64,000 nucleotides of DNA, from positions 55,258,102 through 55,322,101 of the forward strand of contig NC_068997.1 in assembly GCF_001194135.2 (NCBI RefSeq), in the 5' to 3' direction. This document shows positions 1 to 13,035 of this stretch, one piece after another (within the stretch, counting starts at the first letter, position 1; the number at the start of each line of letters is the position of its first letter). This DNA comes from Octopus bimaculoides. Taxonomy: Eukaryota. The notes under the pieces were generated by a model. It was not told where the DNA came from. It ran no database searches and saw only the letters and a list, made by a program, of their open reading frames with translations. The translations under genes were made by a program, and so were the position numbers.

Positions 1-1902
1 CAACACTGCAGAGGTCTTGCCCTCAGCAAGATTAAAGAATCCTTTCAACCTTGGACTGTCTCTGCTCAGTTCACCAACCACTTTCGAGAGTGTATTTTCT
101 TTTCACGGCCTAGTACTAGGCCATGAAGAAAGATTAAAGAGACCCCCCACACACACACCTGAAAAAGAGAATGATGACTTTAGTCTGATCACTGAGAGAA
201 GTTAGAGTGTGATGGAAGGAACAGATCTATGGTTGTGAGGTGGGTAGCAGTAGAGAAAATAGTGTGACAGTGGTGGTTAGGGGATTAATAGAAGAGAGAG
301 AGAGAGGAGAAAAATAAGAAAGAAAGAGTATATTTTAAAAATGATATAAAATATTTCAGCTATGCTAATTACTGCTGAAATGTGATATATATTTTACAAA
401 AGATTTTTCCTTTTTTTACTGTTTATTCCAGTATTTTAAATAAATTCTTAAATATGTATTGACTACGTTTAGAATGATATTTATTATGTCAAAAACATTC
501 AAAATTTATAATTGCTAAATAATTTTTATTTTTATTTTTCATACTCTTACCACTTTATTTCCAACTTTATTTCAACATATTTTAAATTCTTTTGCAATTC
601 AAAGCAAGACAATGGCATATCTCTAAAGGTATGACAATGTTTAAGAGAATTTCAGGCAACCTGTGCAATGGAAGAAATAATTTGTGCCAGTCTAGTCAAT
701 ACCATAATAAACGGAAAGAGAAAAACAAAGAGAACAACTGGTTTCTAAATGGCACCTAAAGAATAAACAAGAGTTAAAATTGCTCCATCTTTAATGGTTG
801 AACTAGAATCTGACATATCACAACAGGTGATAGGAATATGAAAATGTAGGATTCTAAAGAGATATTTATTAGCAATTCTGTTGACGTTATAACTCATTCT
901 TAAAGTTCACTGTACAGAACTGATATAATAACTGTCTTGCATATAAAATATTTACAGCAGGAGTTAAAGAATTTTACTAAGAGAATGGTTTATTAATCAA
1001 ATAAATTATATATTAGGGTTTAAAACCATTAAAATCAACTGAAACCAATGGTGGAATAACAAAGACAGCAACTATAAAATGATAAAGAATGGTTTTAAAT
1101 GCTAAAATGATAGTTTTAAAAAAAGTGAATCCTTTTTAATTCTATGTAAAACAAGTCAGTCATTTTGCAGTAGGCTTTGATGAATGTTATTGTTCTGCTA
1201 ATTCTTGCTTCAATTCTAAGCCAGCAAGTCTTTTTGATTCCAGTTTGTATTAGTCCATCTATAATATAAATTCTTTCATTTTAAAGAGTTTTTTTTTATA
1301 TAAATTAATCCACTCCCTGACAAGATTTTATGAAATAACTTTTTGTTGAATTATATTCTAAACATCAGGTTTTGAAAAACGGAATTATGTCACAACGGAA
1401 TTATAGTTTTCTTGACCTTGGTAAACGATCAGCATGCAAATTTAGGATGAAATATATTCCAACAATAACTATTTCATTTTTTTTTTTAGACACAGTGCAT
1501 GACATACAGGATGACATTACTGTGTCCTTCCTTTATTGTGATAATTCAAGGGAGAACTAGATACTACTACTACTACTGTTACAGTCACCACAACACACCC
1601 ACCCAGAGACTCCTTTGTTGGTTCATGTTAATAAAGTCAACACAGACGGTAAGAAGATTAACCTCTTCCTACACTTTTGGATGCATTGTAGAAGTTGGTC
1701 CGAGTTTTCCAAGGCAGTAGTTTCTATTTCTGAATTAACAAGCCTCAGATATTGATTTTATCATCATCATCATCATTATAAACTACTTTATTATTCATTT
1801 CATTGTGATCCTTGAAGGACAACAACAAAAAAAAGATCCAGTACATTATTAGTAACATTAGCAATATACTTCCACTTCCCTCCTTTCTCTTTCCCCACCT
1901 AT

Positions 1903-1905
<3 letters not shown>

Positions 1906-1945
<40 letters not shown>
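1906..1945. repeat. (TG)n microsatellite
   Basis: Direct reading: an uninterrupted tg run. It is one of many dinucleotide tracts in the window. Confidence 0.95.
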
Positions 1946-2559
1946 ATGCATGCATTTCTTACTGAATATGAATGTTATTCTAATTACTTCTAATTATGAA
2001 GATATAATAGCTTTTAAATTTACCACATGAAAATACATTTAATGCATGAAAAATGCCAAATGGTGAGGGATCATGGAGGAATCTAAGGATTAGGCTTATA
2101 TTCGTTGATTATTGAAACAGATTTTGATGAGAAATAAAGAAGAATAAAATGTCGAGATTTGAAGGAAGCTTTTATATTAAAAGGTAAACTTAGAAAATAT
2201 CGAACATGTCTTGCTGTATTGTGTATATTAAATAATATTTACATACAAATGTCAGGCAATATGTGTATGTGTGTGTGTGTACAAATAATGCATAAAATGT
2301 GAATACACAGGTGTTTACTAATACCGATGTATACAATTAGATATCAACGTGTGTAAATATATTTTTACCAACGTACAGGTGTATATAAGACAAGAAACAA
2401 AAGCAAATAAACTCTGGCATTGAGTATATTATTGATCTATGAATGAGATTGAAGTCTGCATTATTAAAAGTCAGGGCAGACAATAAATTAGAAAGACTGC
2501 ACAAATTATTGTTGCTGTTGCCATTATTATTATCATTATCATTTCATCTGTTGCTATGG

Positions 2560-2705
2560 TCTGTGTTCAAATTCCACCAAGGTCAACTTTGCCTTTCATC
2601 ATTTTGGAGTTGATAAAATAAGTACCGGTTGCATACTGGGGATCGATGTAGTTGACTCATCCTCTACCCCAAAACTGCTGCCCTTGTGACAAAATTTGAA
2701 ACCAA
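2560..2705 (+). mobile_element. tRNA-derived SINE, family A (5'-truncated)
   Basis: gttcaaattcc (B-box-like) is followed by aggtcaactttgcctttcatc...ataagtaccggtt...ttgtgacaaaatttgaaacc and an (ATC/ATT)n tail. The same blocks recur at 14.4, 14.6, 14.9, 16.7, 17.0, 52.0 and 56.4 kb. Confidence 0.85.
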
Positions 2706-4302
2706 CATTATGATTATCATCATCATCATTATCATCAGCATCGTTATTATTCAGGTGGTGAATCGGTTGTGAGGCTCTTATAGGTCTTTACGAGAAATGG
2801 GCTACTTCTCTAGTGATGGTGTCACAACAAACACACTCAGTACACTGTACACACACATACACACCATTTTAACACTTCACCATCAACTTAAAATGGGAAA
2901 TATTTTTAATGAATTACAGGTTGACTTTATGAAATAAATGACTTCACACTCTTATCAAGATTTCTAACAAACCCAATTAATTCTTGTGAATGTTGATGCC
3001 TTGACAAAATCTATTAATAATAATCTATAATTTATATTTTTATTTAATGTGAAACAGCTTCTAACATCACAGACAAAACATTATTTTGGTAAGGTTTCCC
3101 TAAATATACCTACAGAAATGGGGTACTGTTGTGTTTTTATTGTCAATAAATGTAATACTTTCACTATTTGTCATTGAAAGTAACTTGATAGATCTTGCTG
3201 AAATCCAAAATATCCTTCCCCACTCCACCCCCACTTTTTCTCTCTCTCTCTCTCTCACTTTCTCTGTTCAGTGCAAAAGATAATATCAGAATATTCAATA
3301 CACAATTTAATGAGGGACTTCAGTTTGCTATTTGTTATTCAGAGCATTCTTTCTTATTTGGTTTCTTCAACAGGGCCCAAATGGAACATCAAATATTTGC
3401 AATAAAGAAATTTGATCTCCATAATCTAAACTCTCAAATAATTTCCTTCAACTGTTAGCATTACCAAATTGTAGCTTCTTGGAACCATGTAGACTGTCTT
3501 TCTTTCAACCATCCTTTTCTTTCCTTTCTTTTTTCCTATTCATTTTTTCTCTTTCTATTTCATTCATCTTTTCCCTTCTATCTCTTTTCTTTCTATCTTA
3601 TTTCTTTTTTTCCTTCTTTTCTTTTTAAGCCAGCATCTAAATGAAAAACTACAAACTCTTTCAACAGATGCTCAAGTTTCCAACCATTTCAAAGACAGGG
3701 AGCACTAAGCTGTAAGAAACACCAAGTTCCATACTATCTTTTCAAAGGATCTACCATTTCCCAGGCAATTTGCAAAAATGTCAGAAGAAAAATAAAATTT
3801 ATAAGTCAACAAATCATTTTGGTTTTAGATGTCTGTTTGCAGATTTTAGAATTTCTTGCATGTCACAGAATGTTGTGTGGCACAAAGTAATGGGAATATT
3901 CTCTAGAAAGCTTTTTCTTTGAATCCATTTTAGTGCTCTCTATCACTAATGGATCCAAATAAATAAACACAGGGTGACTCAGTGAATCAGTGAACCCAGA
4001 AAACTGGTCTAACAATCAGCTGCATTTGAGACAAGTCAAAGCCAATATCTTCAGCTCTGAACCAGTCCTCCTCTGTCATAAAGGAATGTTCCAATTGAGC
4101 TGCCTTTCAGAAATTAGATGGCAGCAAACATTAATGCTATTTTAGTGTCAAACTTTTCTGTGTCTTCAATAAATTGATATAAGTGTGAAATCATGCACCA
4201 CACACCGAGACAACAAGACTGGTTTTAAGGAACACAAATATGCATCAGTAAATAGGTTCAGACATATATGCACATTACATACATGCATACATATATAAAG
4301 CG

Positions 4303-4341
<39 letters not shown>

Positions 4342-4449
4342 TTATATGCATAACATTAAAGACAAGCAAAAGGTTATAATAATAAATAAATAATAAATAA
4401 ATCTATGCACTCACAAATACTATAACATAAACATATATCTGTGAACAGG

Positions 4450-4459
4450 TGTGTGTATG

Positions 4460-4502
<43 letters not shown>

Positions 4503-4571
4503 CACATATACACACACCTATATGCATACATACTTACACATATACATATGTGCATATACATACACACACAT

Positions 4572-4619
<48 letters not shown>

Positions 4620-4660
4620 GTACACACACCTTTATGTGTGTGTGTGTGTGTGTGTGCATT
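4450..4660. repeat. Compound (TA)n/(CA)n/(TG)n microsatellite
   Basis: Direct reading. It produces the spurious YI/HT/CV ORFs in the track. Confidence 0.95.
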
Positions 4661-5263
4661 TACAGATGTTTGCAAGCTTGATACATGACATCAACTCTTG
4701 TTCAGCCGTATCGATGTCTTGCTATAGAAGAATCTAAAATAAATATTCACATACAACGTTAAACTTTTTGTAAGCTTGTTCCTGTAAATGCTGCAACATA
4801 TGCCTGTAAAGTGGTGCACATATGCATCTAAAGTGCAGCACATAGCTTACAATAACAGTCAAATTCATTGTGAGTCACCTGCTGACTTGTAATGATTGAC
4901 TTCTCCATTCACTCATATACCACATAGGTGTGAATATAGAAAAAGCTGTTCCTCTCAAAATGAAGCAAACTCACTCAAAACAGCTGCAATAGAAAATGTC
5001 GCTGCATTTTAGATGTGTTACTTGGTTTGAAGCTCTGCCAAAATGTGTTTGCATGTTATGTTTTTCATGAAATACACTTCCTAAACAATACTTGTTAAAG
5101 CATTTTCTTTTTTCTTCTCTCCAGCAGATTTGCCAGCTGCTAATCTATATTCCTTGCCACATGTTCTCTTCAAGCAATATCACCAACCAATTAAACTGTC
5201 AAAGGTCTTTGAAAAATTGATCACATTGTTAAATCTTAGTCAACAAATGTGATAAATCACTTA

Positions 5264-5298
<35 letters not shown>

Positions 5299-6550
5299 TA
5301 ATAATAAATTATTTGTCAGAGTAACAAGTGAATACACAAATGTGTGTATCTACAAATATGTGTGTGTATTGGGGTGGTTATGTCCTATTGCTGGTATGTA
5401 CGCATGCATACATTTATATATGTGTGTGTGTGTGTACATATATGATTATCTATCTCAATATATATATATGTATGTATGTCTGTCTGTGTGTGAGTTCACT
5501 TCATCTGTCACTTTCTGGAAACAATCAAATCTTATAGTTTTCTTAATAAAACTACAAATTCCTTGTTTTATATTCATCATTCATCTTATCTAACCTGGCT
5601 ACAAGCCAACAAAAGACCCTCTACATGTTAATTTAGCATGCTAGAATTAACAGCAAACTCTCCCTCAGATCCTCTTACCACAATCAAGGTACTACAGTAA
5701 AGGTGTGATTTGATTTGGGTTCATCTGAGAGTTTACATAAAAAAGGCAGCCACCAACACAATCCAACTCAGTTACACATGCCATACTCCCCACCCTTCAA
5801 TAACTGACTGTACACATGTGAAGACCCCTTCTCATTCCAGTCAACTTTTACCTCAATTAGACATAAAAAATGACAAAAAATTTACAATTATTCTGGATGA
5901 GAGTTCCACTTTCACTATCTATCTATCTATCTATCTATCTATCCATCTCAACTACTTTCACTATCTATCTATCTATATTTATCTTTACACAAAATTCTTT
6001 GATTAACAAAGACATCAGACAAATGTGTCTATTTTCTGAAAATATCCAAATTAAATTAGTCAGAGAAAATGATGCTATCCTCATGAGAGTTCAAATCTTC
6101 ACTGCTTTCCTCCCACATCAGTGAGCTTGATGAAGTCAGAACTCAGTCTGAAAAAATCTGCAGAAATATTTCTGAGAGACTTTTTAAGTTGTCCACACCT
6201 CCCCACAGACTCACATCTATCTGCCCTACCCCTTTCTGAAAACCTAGTTGGTGCAGAGACTGAAGCCAACTAATAACTTCTCTTCCTTCTACACACATGT
6301 TGCTACATTCTACATTTATCCAACTAATAATCAGAAAATGAACAGCCTACAATTGTCTACTACAAGATGTAACATTGCTAGAAATAAATAAACAGAACGT
6401 TCAAAGCCAGGAAATCGTTGCACATTACTATCACCTTTATATCTCAAAAAGAAGAGACCTTTCTGGCACTCATAACTATTTACACTTCTGCTTTAGACTC
6501 TACTGTAACTATGGGTATAGAAACCATCTACAATGGACGTCCATAACACT

Positions 6551-6588
<38 letters not shown>

Positions 6589-6725
6589 CGACTGCTAACA
6601 TGGACCAGTTCCAAAATAATGGTTATGTTGGTGATCAAGTTTCTTGAATAGCTTTATAATTTCTTTTTTTTTTTTTTTTTACAAAACTGTGTATGGTGTA
6701 GGAATTATACGGCAAAAGTAAAACA

Positions 6726-6735
6726 NNNNNNNNNN
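6726..6735. other. Assembly gap (10 N) flanked by a duplicated ~60-bp sequence
   Basis: T-run + acaaaactgtgtatggtgtaggaattatacggcaaaagtaaaaca appears identically on both sides of the gap, which is typical of an unmerged contig overlap. Confidence 0.85.
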
Positions 6736-6889
6736 TTTTTTTTTTTTTTTTTTACAAAACTGTGTATGGTGTAGGAATTATACGGCAAAAGTAAAACATT
6801 TAATGCAATAAATCAGCTTTTGAATAGAGGATATGTTTAAGTTAGGAAACTGCAAGGATTCACAAATTTTTATTTGACTCGTTAACTTA

Positions 6890-7290
6890 GACACGAGACA
6901 AACAATCTCCGCATCAATAAGGAATTCATCCTTCACAGATAATTCTTATTGTCATAATTGGTTTTTAATTTCAGGGCATCCTTCACTGACCAGACATTTA
7001 GTCAAAAGCATTTCAACCATGTGTAAGCTGTTCTTTCCTCAAGTGTCATATATTTAAGACTACATCATCCAAAATGTACCTTCTTTTTCAAAGTCATATA
7101 ATATGATTTGAAAAATTTAGCTGTTATATCTAGCAAGTTGAAGAACCCTGTAGAGATTCCTTCATTGGTTTGTCTATAAACAACATTTACCTGGTAGGAA
7201 TTGACCAGAATCCTGCATTCCAATAAATCTCTCATCAATTCTACAATGTTGATGAGAGTGAAATGTGCTGACCACAGCCGCAAGACTAGG
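6890..7290 (-). mobile_element. Probable decayed Ty3/Gypsy pol remnant (RNase H C-terminus to integrase linker)
   Basis: Minus-strand peptide RLWSAHFTLINIVEL...ECRILVNSYQVNVVYRQTNE resembles the Gypsy RNase H end (YLxGRHFTLxTDHKPL...RWAxxLxxYxYxIxYR). Downstream, ELSVKDEFLIDAEIVCLVSKL resembles ELSVxDGxLxxGxRIVIP. It is heavily diverged and contains stops. Confidence 0.45.
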
Positions 7291-7642
7291 CCAGTGACAG
7301 GTTATTGATAAACTATCAATATCTTCTTTGGTCATCTGTCAGGCTCTTGATTGGTCTGATGTAGGTGTGAATGTCTCATTGGAAATATGAAGGTATTTTG
7401 GGTTGGCAGGATGGAACATTATAAAAGAGTGGATTTTAATGATGAAGCATTATTAACAGGGGACAAACGATGGAGGGAAGAAAGAGAATTAAAAAAAAAG
7501 TAAAAGGTAACATGCATAAGGAAAGGAACTGAAGGAAAAAAGACATGTATATACGGATGTATCATGATAGAGATCTGGACAGACATGGATCCAGTGACCT
7601 CAGTTCAAATCTCGGTGAGAGCTTAATACTTTCTTTTTTAAC

Positions 7643-7866
7643 CGTAGGTATGCCTGTGTAGTAGGAAGTTTACTTCCCAATAACATGTTTCAGGGTTCAC
7701 TCCTACTGCGTGGTTTTTACATTTCTTAGTGGTTTGGCAAAAGAGATTGATAAAACAAATACCAGGCTTAAAAAATATAAAATACGGGGTTGATTTGTTT
7801 GACTAAAGTCTACAGGGCAAGTGCACCAGCATGGCTGCAGTCCAATGACTAAAATACATAAAAGAT
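7643..7866 (+). mobile_element. SINE family B, internally deleted
   Basis: The head (tgtgtagtaggaagtttacttcccaa...gggttcactcctactgcgtgg) is fused to the 3' block (ttagtggtttggcaaaagaga...ccagcatggctgcagtccaatgact). Both blocks are shared with the copies at 28.4, 53.7 and 56.7-57.5 kb. Confidence 0.75.
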
Positions 7867-8787
7867 AGATATGTATGTATGTATGTAAAACAGGGAGAGA
7901 GAGAAGTAACTAAAAGAGGAAAAATTATATATCAGTAAATGAAGAAAAAAAATTTGGAGATTGAAATAGAGACAGAGATAGTGATAAGGATAAAAAGGAA
8001 GGATAAGACAAACAAGCCGAAAGTTGAATAAATAAGTAAAATCTGAGTTTATTTAGTAAGATGGAGATATAAGATTGTTGCCAGTGTCTTCTCCATCTTC
8101 TATAAGCAAAAAGCAGCCATGCTTGTGGAGAAACAGTGGAGTAATTTAAAAGGGGTGAAGAGGGTGGAGAATTGTTGTTAAAGGTAAGAGTGTGTTGGGT
8201 GGGGGGATATCAGTCTGAACAGTGGAAAGGTTCTGTAGTGGAGCAGTGTGGTGGTGGTGGTGGTGGTAGAGGGTTGTCGGATGTTCAAGTGAACATTGTT
8301 GGAATAGGAGGAGGTGGAGGAAACAAAAGTTAGTGAAATGAGTTGATAGAAAAAGAATGAATGGGCGTCAGAATAAAGAGGAGGAGGAGGAGGAGGGAAA
8401 TTGTGGTTAGTTAGAATTCCGTGTTGTAAGACTAGAGGTGGGAAAGAAAGGAATGGGAATAGGATGTTGGAGAAAGGAAAGTCCCAAGGGCTTGGATTAA
8501 ATAGTGAGTGATTAGACAAATAATTAAGAAATAAAAAGAGGCAAACATAAGGAGGACAGGGAGGAGGAGAGAGAGAGTGTGTGTGTGTGTAAGGGGTGTT
8601 TGATAATTGAACTAAAATTGCTCTGGAAAAGATCCTATTAAAGGAAATATACCTCAGAGGGAAATGAGTGAGAGAGAGACGGAGAGGGAGAAAATTAAGC
8701 AATGAATAAGGCACATTATGTATGAAGAATTGCTATGAGAAAAAAAAGATGAGTTTAAAAATATTTCATCTGAGAAAAAGTAAAAGG

Positions 8788-8931
8788 GAAGAAGAAGAAG
8801 AAGAAGAAGAAGAAGAAGAAGAAGAAGAAGAAGAAGAAGAAGAAGAAGAAGAAGAAGAAGAAGAAGAAGAAGAAGAAGAAGAAGAAGAAGAAGAAGAAGA
8901 AGAAGAAGAAGAAGAAGAAGAAGAAGAAGAA
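8788..8931 (+). repeat. Perfect (GAA)48 trinucleotide repeat
   Basis: 144 bp of uninterrupted gaa. Confidence 0.97.
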
Positions 8932-9408
8932 GGAAAAAAGAGTTTTGCAAAATGTAAAAATAGCAAATTTATATCACCAGCATTGTTGGGTTGATGCAGA
9001 TTTATTTGATTGTCTAAGAGGCATAGGAATGAGTAAAGTAGAAAGATGAATATATATACTTGTAAGTTGTGTGTGTGGGTGTGTATTGTATGCATATGTA
9101 AGTATATGAAGTGAATTCAGTTGATGATAAAACTGTTATATAGCATTTAACACCTTTTTTGTTCACATTCTCCATTCTCTATGAGGTGATAAATCAATGT
9201 AGCTGGGATAAACCATTGTAAATTGTACATGCAATATGAAATTTCTGAAATTTCATTTCCAACATCAAGAAAATACATCAAGAACATGAATTTGACAATT
9301 TTTACTCAGAAGGAGTAAATGTTATAAATATATCCTCAAGATGAATTTTACCCTTAGTGAGTTAGCAATGAGACAAACATATCAAACAATGTCCCTTCAT
9401 GTAATATG

Positions 9409-9545
9409 CAAGTGGGTCTGCTTGGTGTGTATGTAAAAGACAAGTGGATCTGCATGGTGTTTACATGAGCTGCAAGTGGATATAGGATGTGTCACAAGTG
9501 ATTCTGCATAATGTATAAACAGGATGCAACTGAATCTGTTGAAAG
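9409..9545 (+). repeat. Degenerate ~32-bp minisatellite (about 4.5 units starting caagtg)
   Basis: Units start at 9409, 9441, 9473, 9495 and 9527 and share caagtgg(a/g)tctgc(a/t)tggtgt. Confidence 0.7.
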
Positions 9546-10810
9546 TGAAGGTGCAATGATGTTAGCGTACTAGTCTATATGGACGTATGAATTTATGTTT
9601 TCATTGAGTTGGTGTGCAACGTGAAACAGGATTTTATTCTTTTCTGAACTATAAAATGCAGCTTCAAAAAGTGTTGACTTGCTAATGCAGTATTGAGCTA
9701 ATGATGCTGGAGTCATGATATTGATACAAACTTATGATACTATTCTGCTCCATGACATTTTGGCAGCTGGGAGAAGAGATATTTTGAATGCTGCCCATTG
9801 TTGCTATGTTTACCCCACCCAGGTGTCTCTTCCTTCCAACACTCATATTATGCTTAACCTCACCTCCAACTTCTAAAATAACCAATATGTCCAGTCCTTT
9901 CTTCTCAAGGTGTTGGCTCTTTCGAATTTTCTCCCTGCATGTGTCTTTCCCATTATATAAAATTACTTCACATATATGTGTGCATGTGTGTGTGTATGTG
10001 TGATTGTGTATATGTATACATGTATGTGTGTAAGTATACATACATGTACAGATGGGAGGTGAAAGAGAAAGAAAACTAAGGAACAGATTCAGAAAAAAAG
10101 GGGGAAAAAAGCAAGAATGATGTGCAATTGGGATAAAAAAAACCCCCAAAAAAACGAAGTTATGAAGGTGTGAGACAAGAAAGAGTGAATAAAAGTATGG
10201 TAAGAGACAGAAGTAAAGACATAAGCAAAATAACAAGAGAAGGAGGTGGGTAGGAGGTGGGTGGAGTCGTTGGCAAAAATAACAACAAAAGCAAATCAAA
10301 AAATATTCAGATGAAAAAAAAATAAGGAAATAAAAGGAAAGTAAAAAAAAGAAAATCGTATAAAAATCGGAAGCTGAATGATATATTAGGAAATGGTATG
10401 GTTTTGCCCATATAACCATGATGATAGTGAAATGTGTTGAGTGGAAGAAGAGCTGTTCAAAAAGTCTGATATAATATGATTGAAGATGTTTGTTTTATCT
10501 TGTGTTAAACTACTTCTTTCTTACAAGCCTTTTGTCAATTTACTTATCCAATTTTATTGGGTAGAAAGGAAGAAGTTAACAAGTTTTATTTTGCTTTCTT
10601 TATATTTCTAAAGCTTTCTAAATCTTCCTTTAACTGATTTGGCTGATTTTCATTTCAGAATGTTCTGACAGCATTTACTCTTCTCCTAAACTTAACTCCA
10701 CCTTACTGCCGACTTTGATCACTATTGCTGTTTTCAAAAGGAGGCAATAACTTCCATAAGTTAAGCCAAGTCCTTTTTTCTATTCTGCATATATGTAAAG
10801 CTTTCCCTCT

Positions 10811-10860
<50 letters not shown>

Positions 10861-11921
10861 CTACACACATATACCTATTATACATATACACATGTTCCTT
10901 TTTTATATACAAAGAATAGATATTATTTATATGCATGTCACATATATATAATATAATATATACATATATATATGCACACACAAATATATATTATGTATAA
11001 ATTATATAGATGTAATTATATTTATACACACACAATATAAACAGAAGTCGTTGGCGATGAAGTGAAACTATACTAAAAATTGATTACTAGATACTAGTCA
11101 TGCATTTAGCCCAAAACATACACATGCTTAGCTATCTATATCACACACACACACACAAACACATAGATATATAGAGAAAGAGGGATAGATAGATAGATAG
11201 ATAGATAGACATCTACACACATACACACAAGGCTTCTTAAAAACTTCTTCCAAACATTTTCAATGATTTATTTATATTTTCATTCCATTTGTGATCTTTC
11301 AAGTAAAACCGATAGGTTTTAATATACTTCTTTTATTTCTCACCATTTTGTCCCTTCCATATTCTATTCTAAGTGGAATCTTTTCACTCTAAGTCTTCTT
11401 CCACAACAAGGCACATTTCTCTATAACACATATATTGATAAAAGATTTTGGCAACACCCTATTAATCCTAATTTCATTTTCTCTAGCCACATATCATATC
11501 TTCAATCATTCACTGCCAACTTTTTTTTTTCACGTTTAATTTCATTTCTTTTTTTTTCCCCTCATTTCTTTTTCTCACTTTTTCCGTATTTCTAGAAATT
11601 CAATTTCAGAAAAATAAAAAGGAAAATATAAAGGAAAAAAATACGGAAATGAATGTACAAAAGGGTGAAGAAAGAGTCCTATATATGCACAGACATTAAT
11701 AATTTAATATGCTGCTGGACTTTGGCTCTCTCCTCAACTGTATTTTATATGTATGCATGCACGCATACACACACACACACATGTGTATGTACACATGTAT
11801 TTATCGTATATGCTGCCATGTATAATGTAGAGATAATATAGAGAGACCTATTGTATATGGAAATATGTACGTTATGTACATTTGATAATATCTAAGTAAA
11901 TCATAAATATGAAATCTCACT

Positions 11922-11925
11922 GTGT

Positions 11926-11965
<40 letters not shown>

Positions 11966-12015
11966 GTGTGTGTGCGTGTGTGTGTGGGTGGGTGTCTGCA
12001 CATGCAGCACATGTT

Positions 12016-12077
<62 letters not shown>

Positions 12078-12142
12078 NNNNNNNNNNNNNNNNNNNNNNN
12101 NNNNNNNNNNNNNNNNNNNNNNNNNNNNNNNNNNNNNNNNNG

Positions 12143-12192
<50 letters not shown>

Positions 12193-12235
12193 TAGATAGA
12201 TAGATAGATAGATAGATATAGATACATACATACAT
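11922..12235. repeat. Compound (TG)n/(TA)n/(GA)n/(GATA)n microsatellite containing a 64-N gap (12078-12141)
   Basis: Direct reading. Confidence 0.95.
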
Positions 12236-12589
12236 ATCTAAAGTTACTCTATCCAGATTACAAGTACAGGTTTACACCTGTAATTATTGGGGCTCTGGGA
12301 TATGTAATACACTGCCTAAATACCAATCTTGAGAAGTTAGGCTTCTCAAAACCAGAAAGGAGAAAACTAATTTTCAAAGACTACATGTCCAATCCATCAC
12401 TGGAACGGTAAAAACGTGTAAAGCTTTCCAGAAGTTTATCATTTAAGTATATATGAACATATCAAGATATGCAACTATATGCATGAGAATACATACATAA
12501 AACATACGAATTTGCTCATACATACATACATACAATATAGTATTAATATGTATACATGTATGTAAATATACGTAAAGCACTTTTACATT

Positions 12590-12770
12590 GATTTTTAACA
12601 TCCACTTTTCCATGCTTGCATGGGTCTAGTGGAATTCATTGAGGCCAATTTTCTATAGCCACTTGCCCTTTCTGTCAACAACCCTTACTTGTTTCCAAGC
12701 AAGGTGATATTTACCTGTGACCAGACATATTTTCATTGAAGATAGGAAACGAATTCCATCAAATGTATGA
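12590..12770 (-). mobile_element. RTE-like LINE/SINE 3' tail fragment
   Basis: The reverse complement contains ttggaaaca...gacagaaaggg...acccatgcaagcatggaaaagtggatgttaaa, the terminal motif shared with the copies at 13.2, 17.4, 27.2, 38.9, 50.4 and 62.4 kb. Confidence 0.75.
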
Positions 12771-12884
12771 CAATGACATTCATTTACAACTACCATGCAA
12801 TGTGCAGATGAAGAGGCACACACACACACATATATCTATGATGCATCTTTCAGCTTACTACAGCAAAATCCCTTCAAAAGGTTT

Positions 12885-12955
12885 TGCTCAGCTCAGGGCA
12901 ATAGCAGAAGATATTTGCCTTGGATGTCAACAGACAGAGTGAACCTGGAACCATG
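12885..12955 (-). mobile_element. SINE family B head fragment
   Basis: gggcaatagcagaagatatttgcc...gaacctggaaccatg is the reverse complement of the family B head (catggttccgggttc...ggcaagtgtcttctactatagc). Confidence 0.6.
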
Positions 12956-13035
12956 TTTGTGCCACCAGCCATGTTTGTGCCACCAGCCATGTTTGTGCCA
13001 CCAGTCATGTTTGTGCCACCAGTCATGTGTCTGCC
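12951..13035 (+). repeat. 18-bp minisatellite (ccatgtttgtgccaccag) x ~4.5
   Basis: Units start at 12951, 12969, 12987 and 13005, with a partial unit at 13023. Confidence 0.92.

Noticed and set aside
6664-6797. Perfect ~60-bp direct duplication
   Set aside because: It brackets a 10-N gap exactly and is most simply an assembly overlap artefact.
8722-8994. 90-aa ORF with a long poly-Glu run (and poly-Leu/poly-Ser ORFs on the other strand)
   Set aside because: These are translations of the (GAA)48 repeat, and the flanks have no coding character.
9682-10419. 245-aa minus-strand ORF, the longest N-free ORF
   Set aside because: It is the antisense of a purine-rich low-complexity tract plus (CA)n, giving an F/L/C-rich peptide with no domain.
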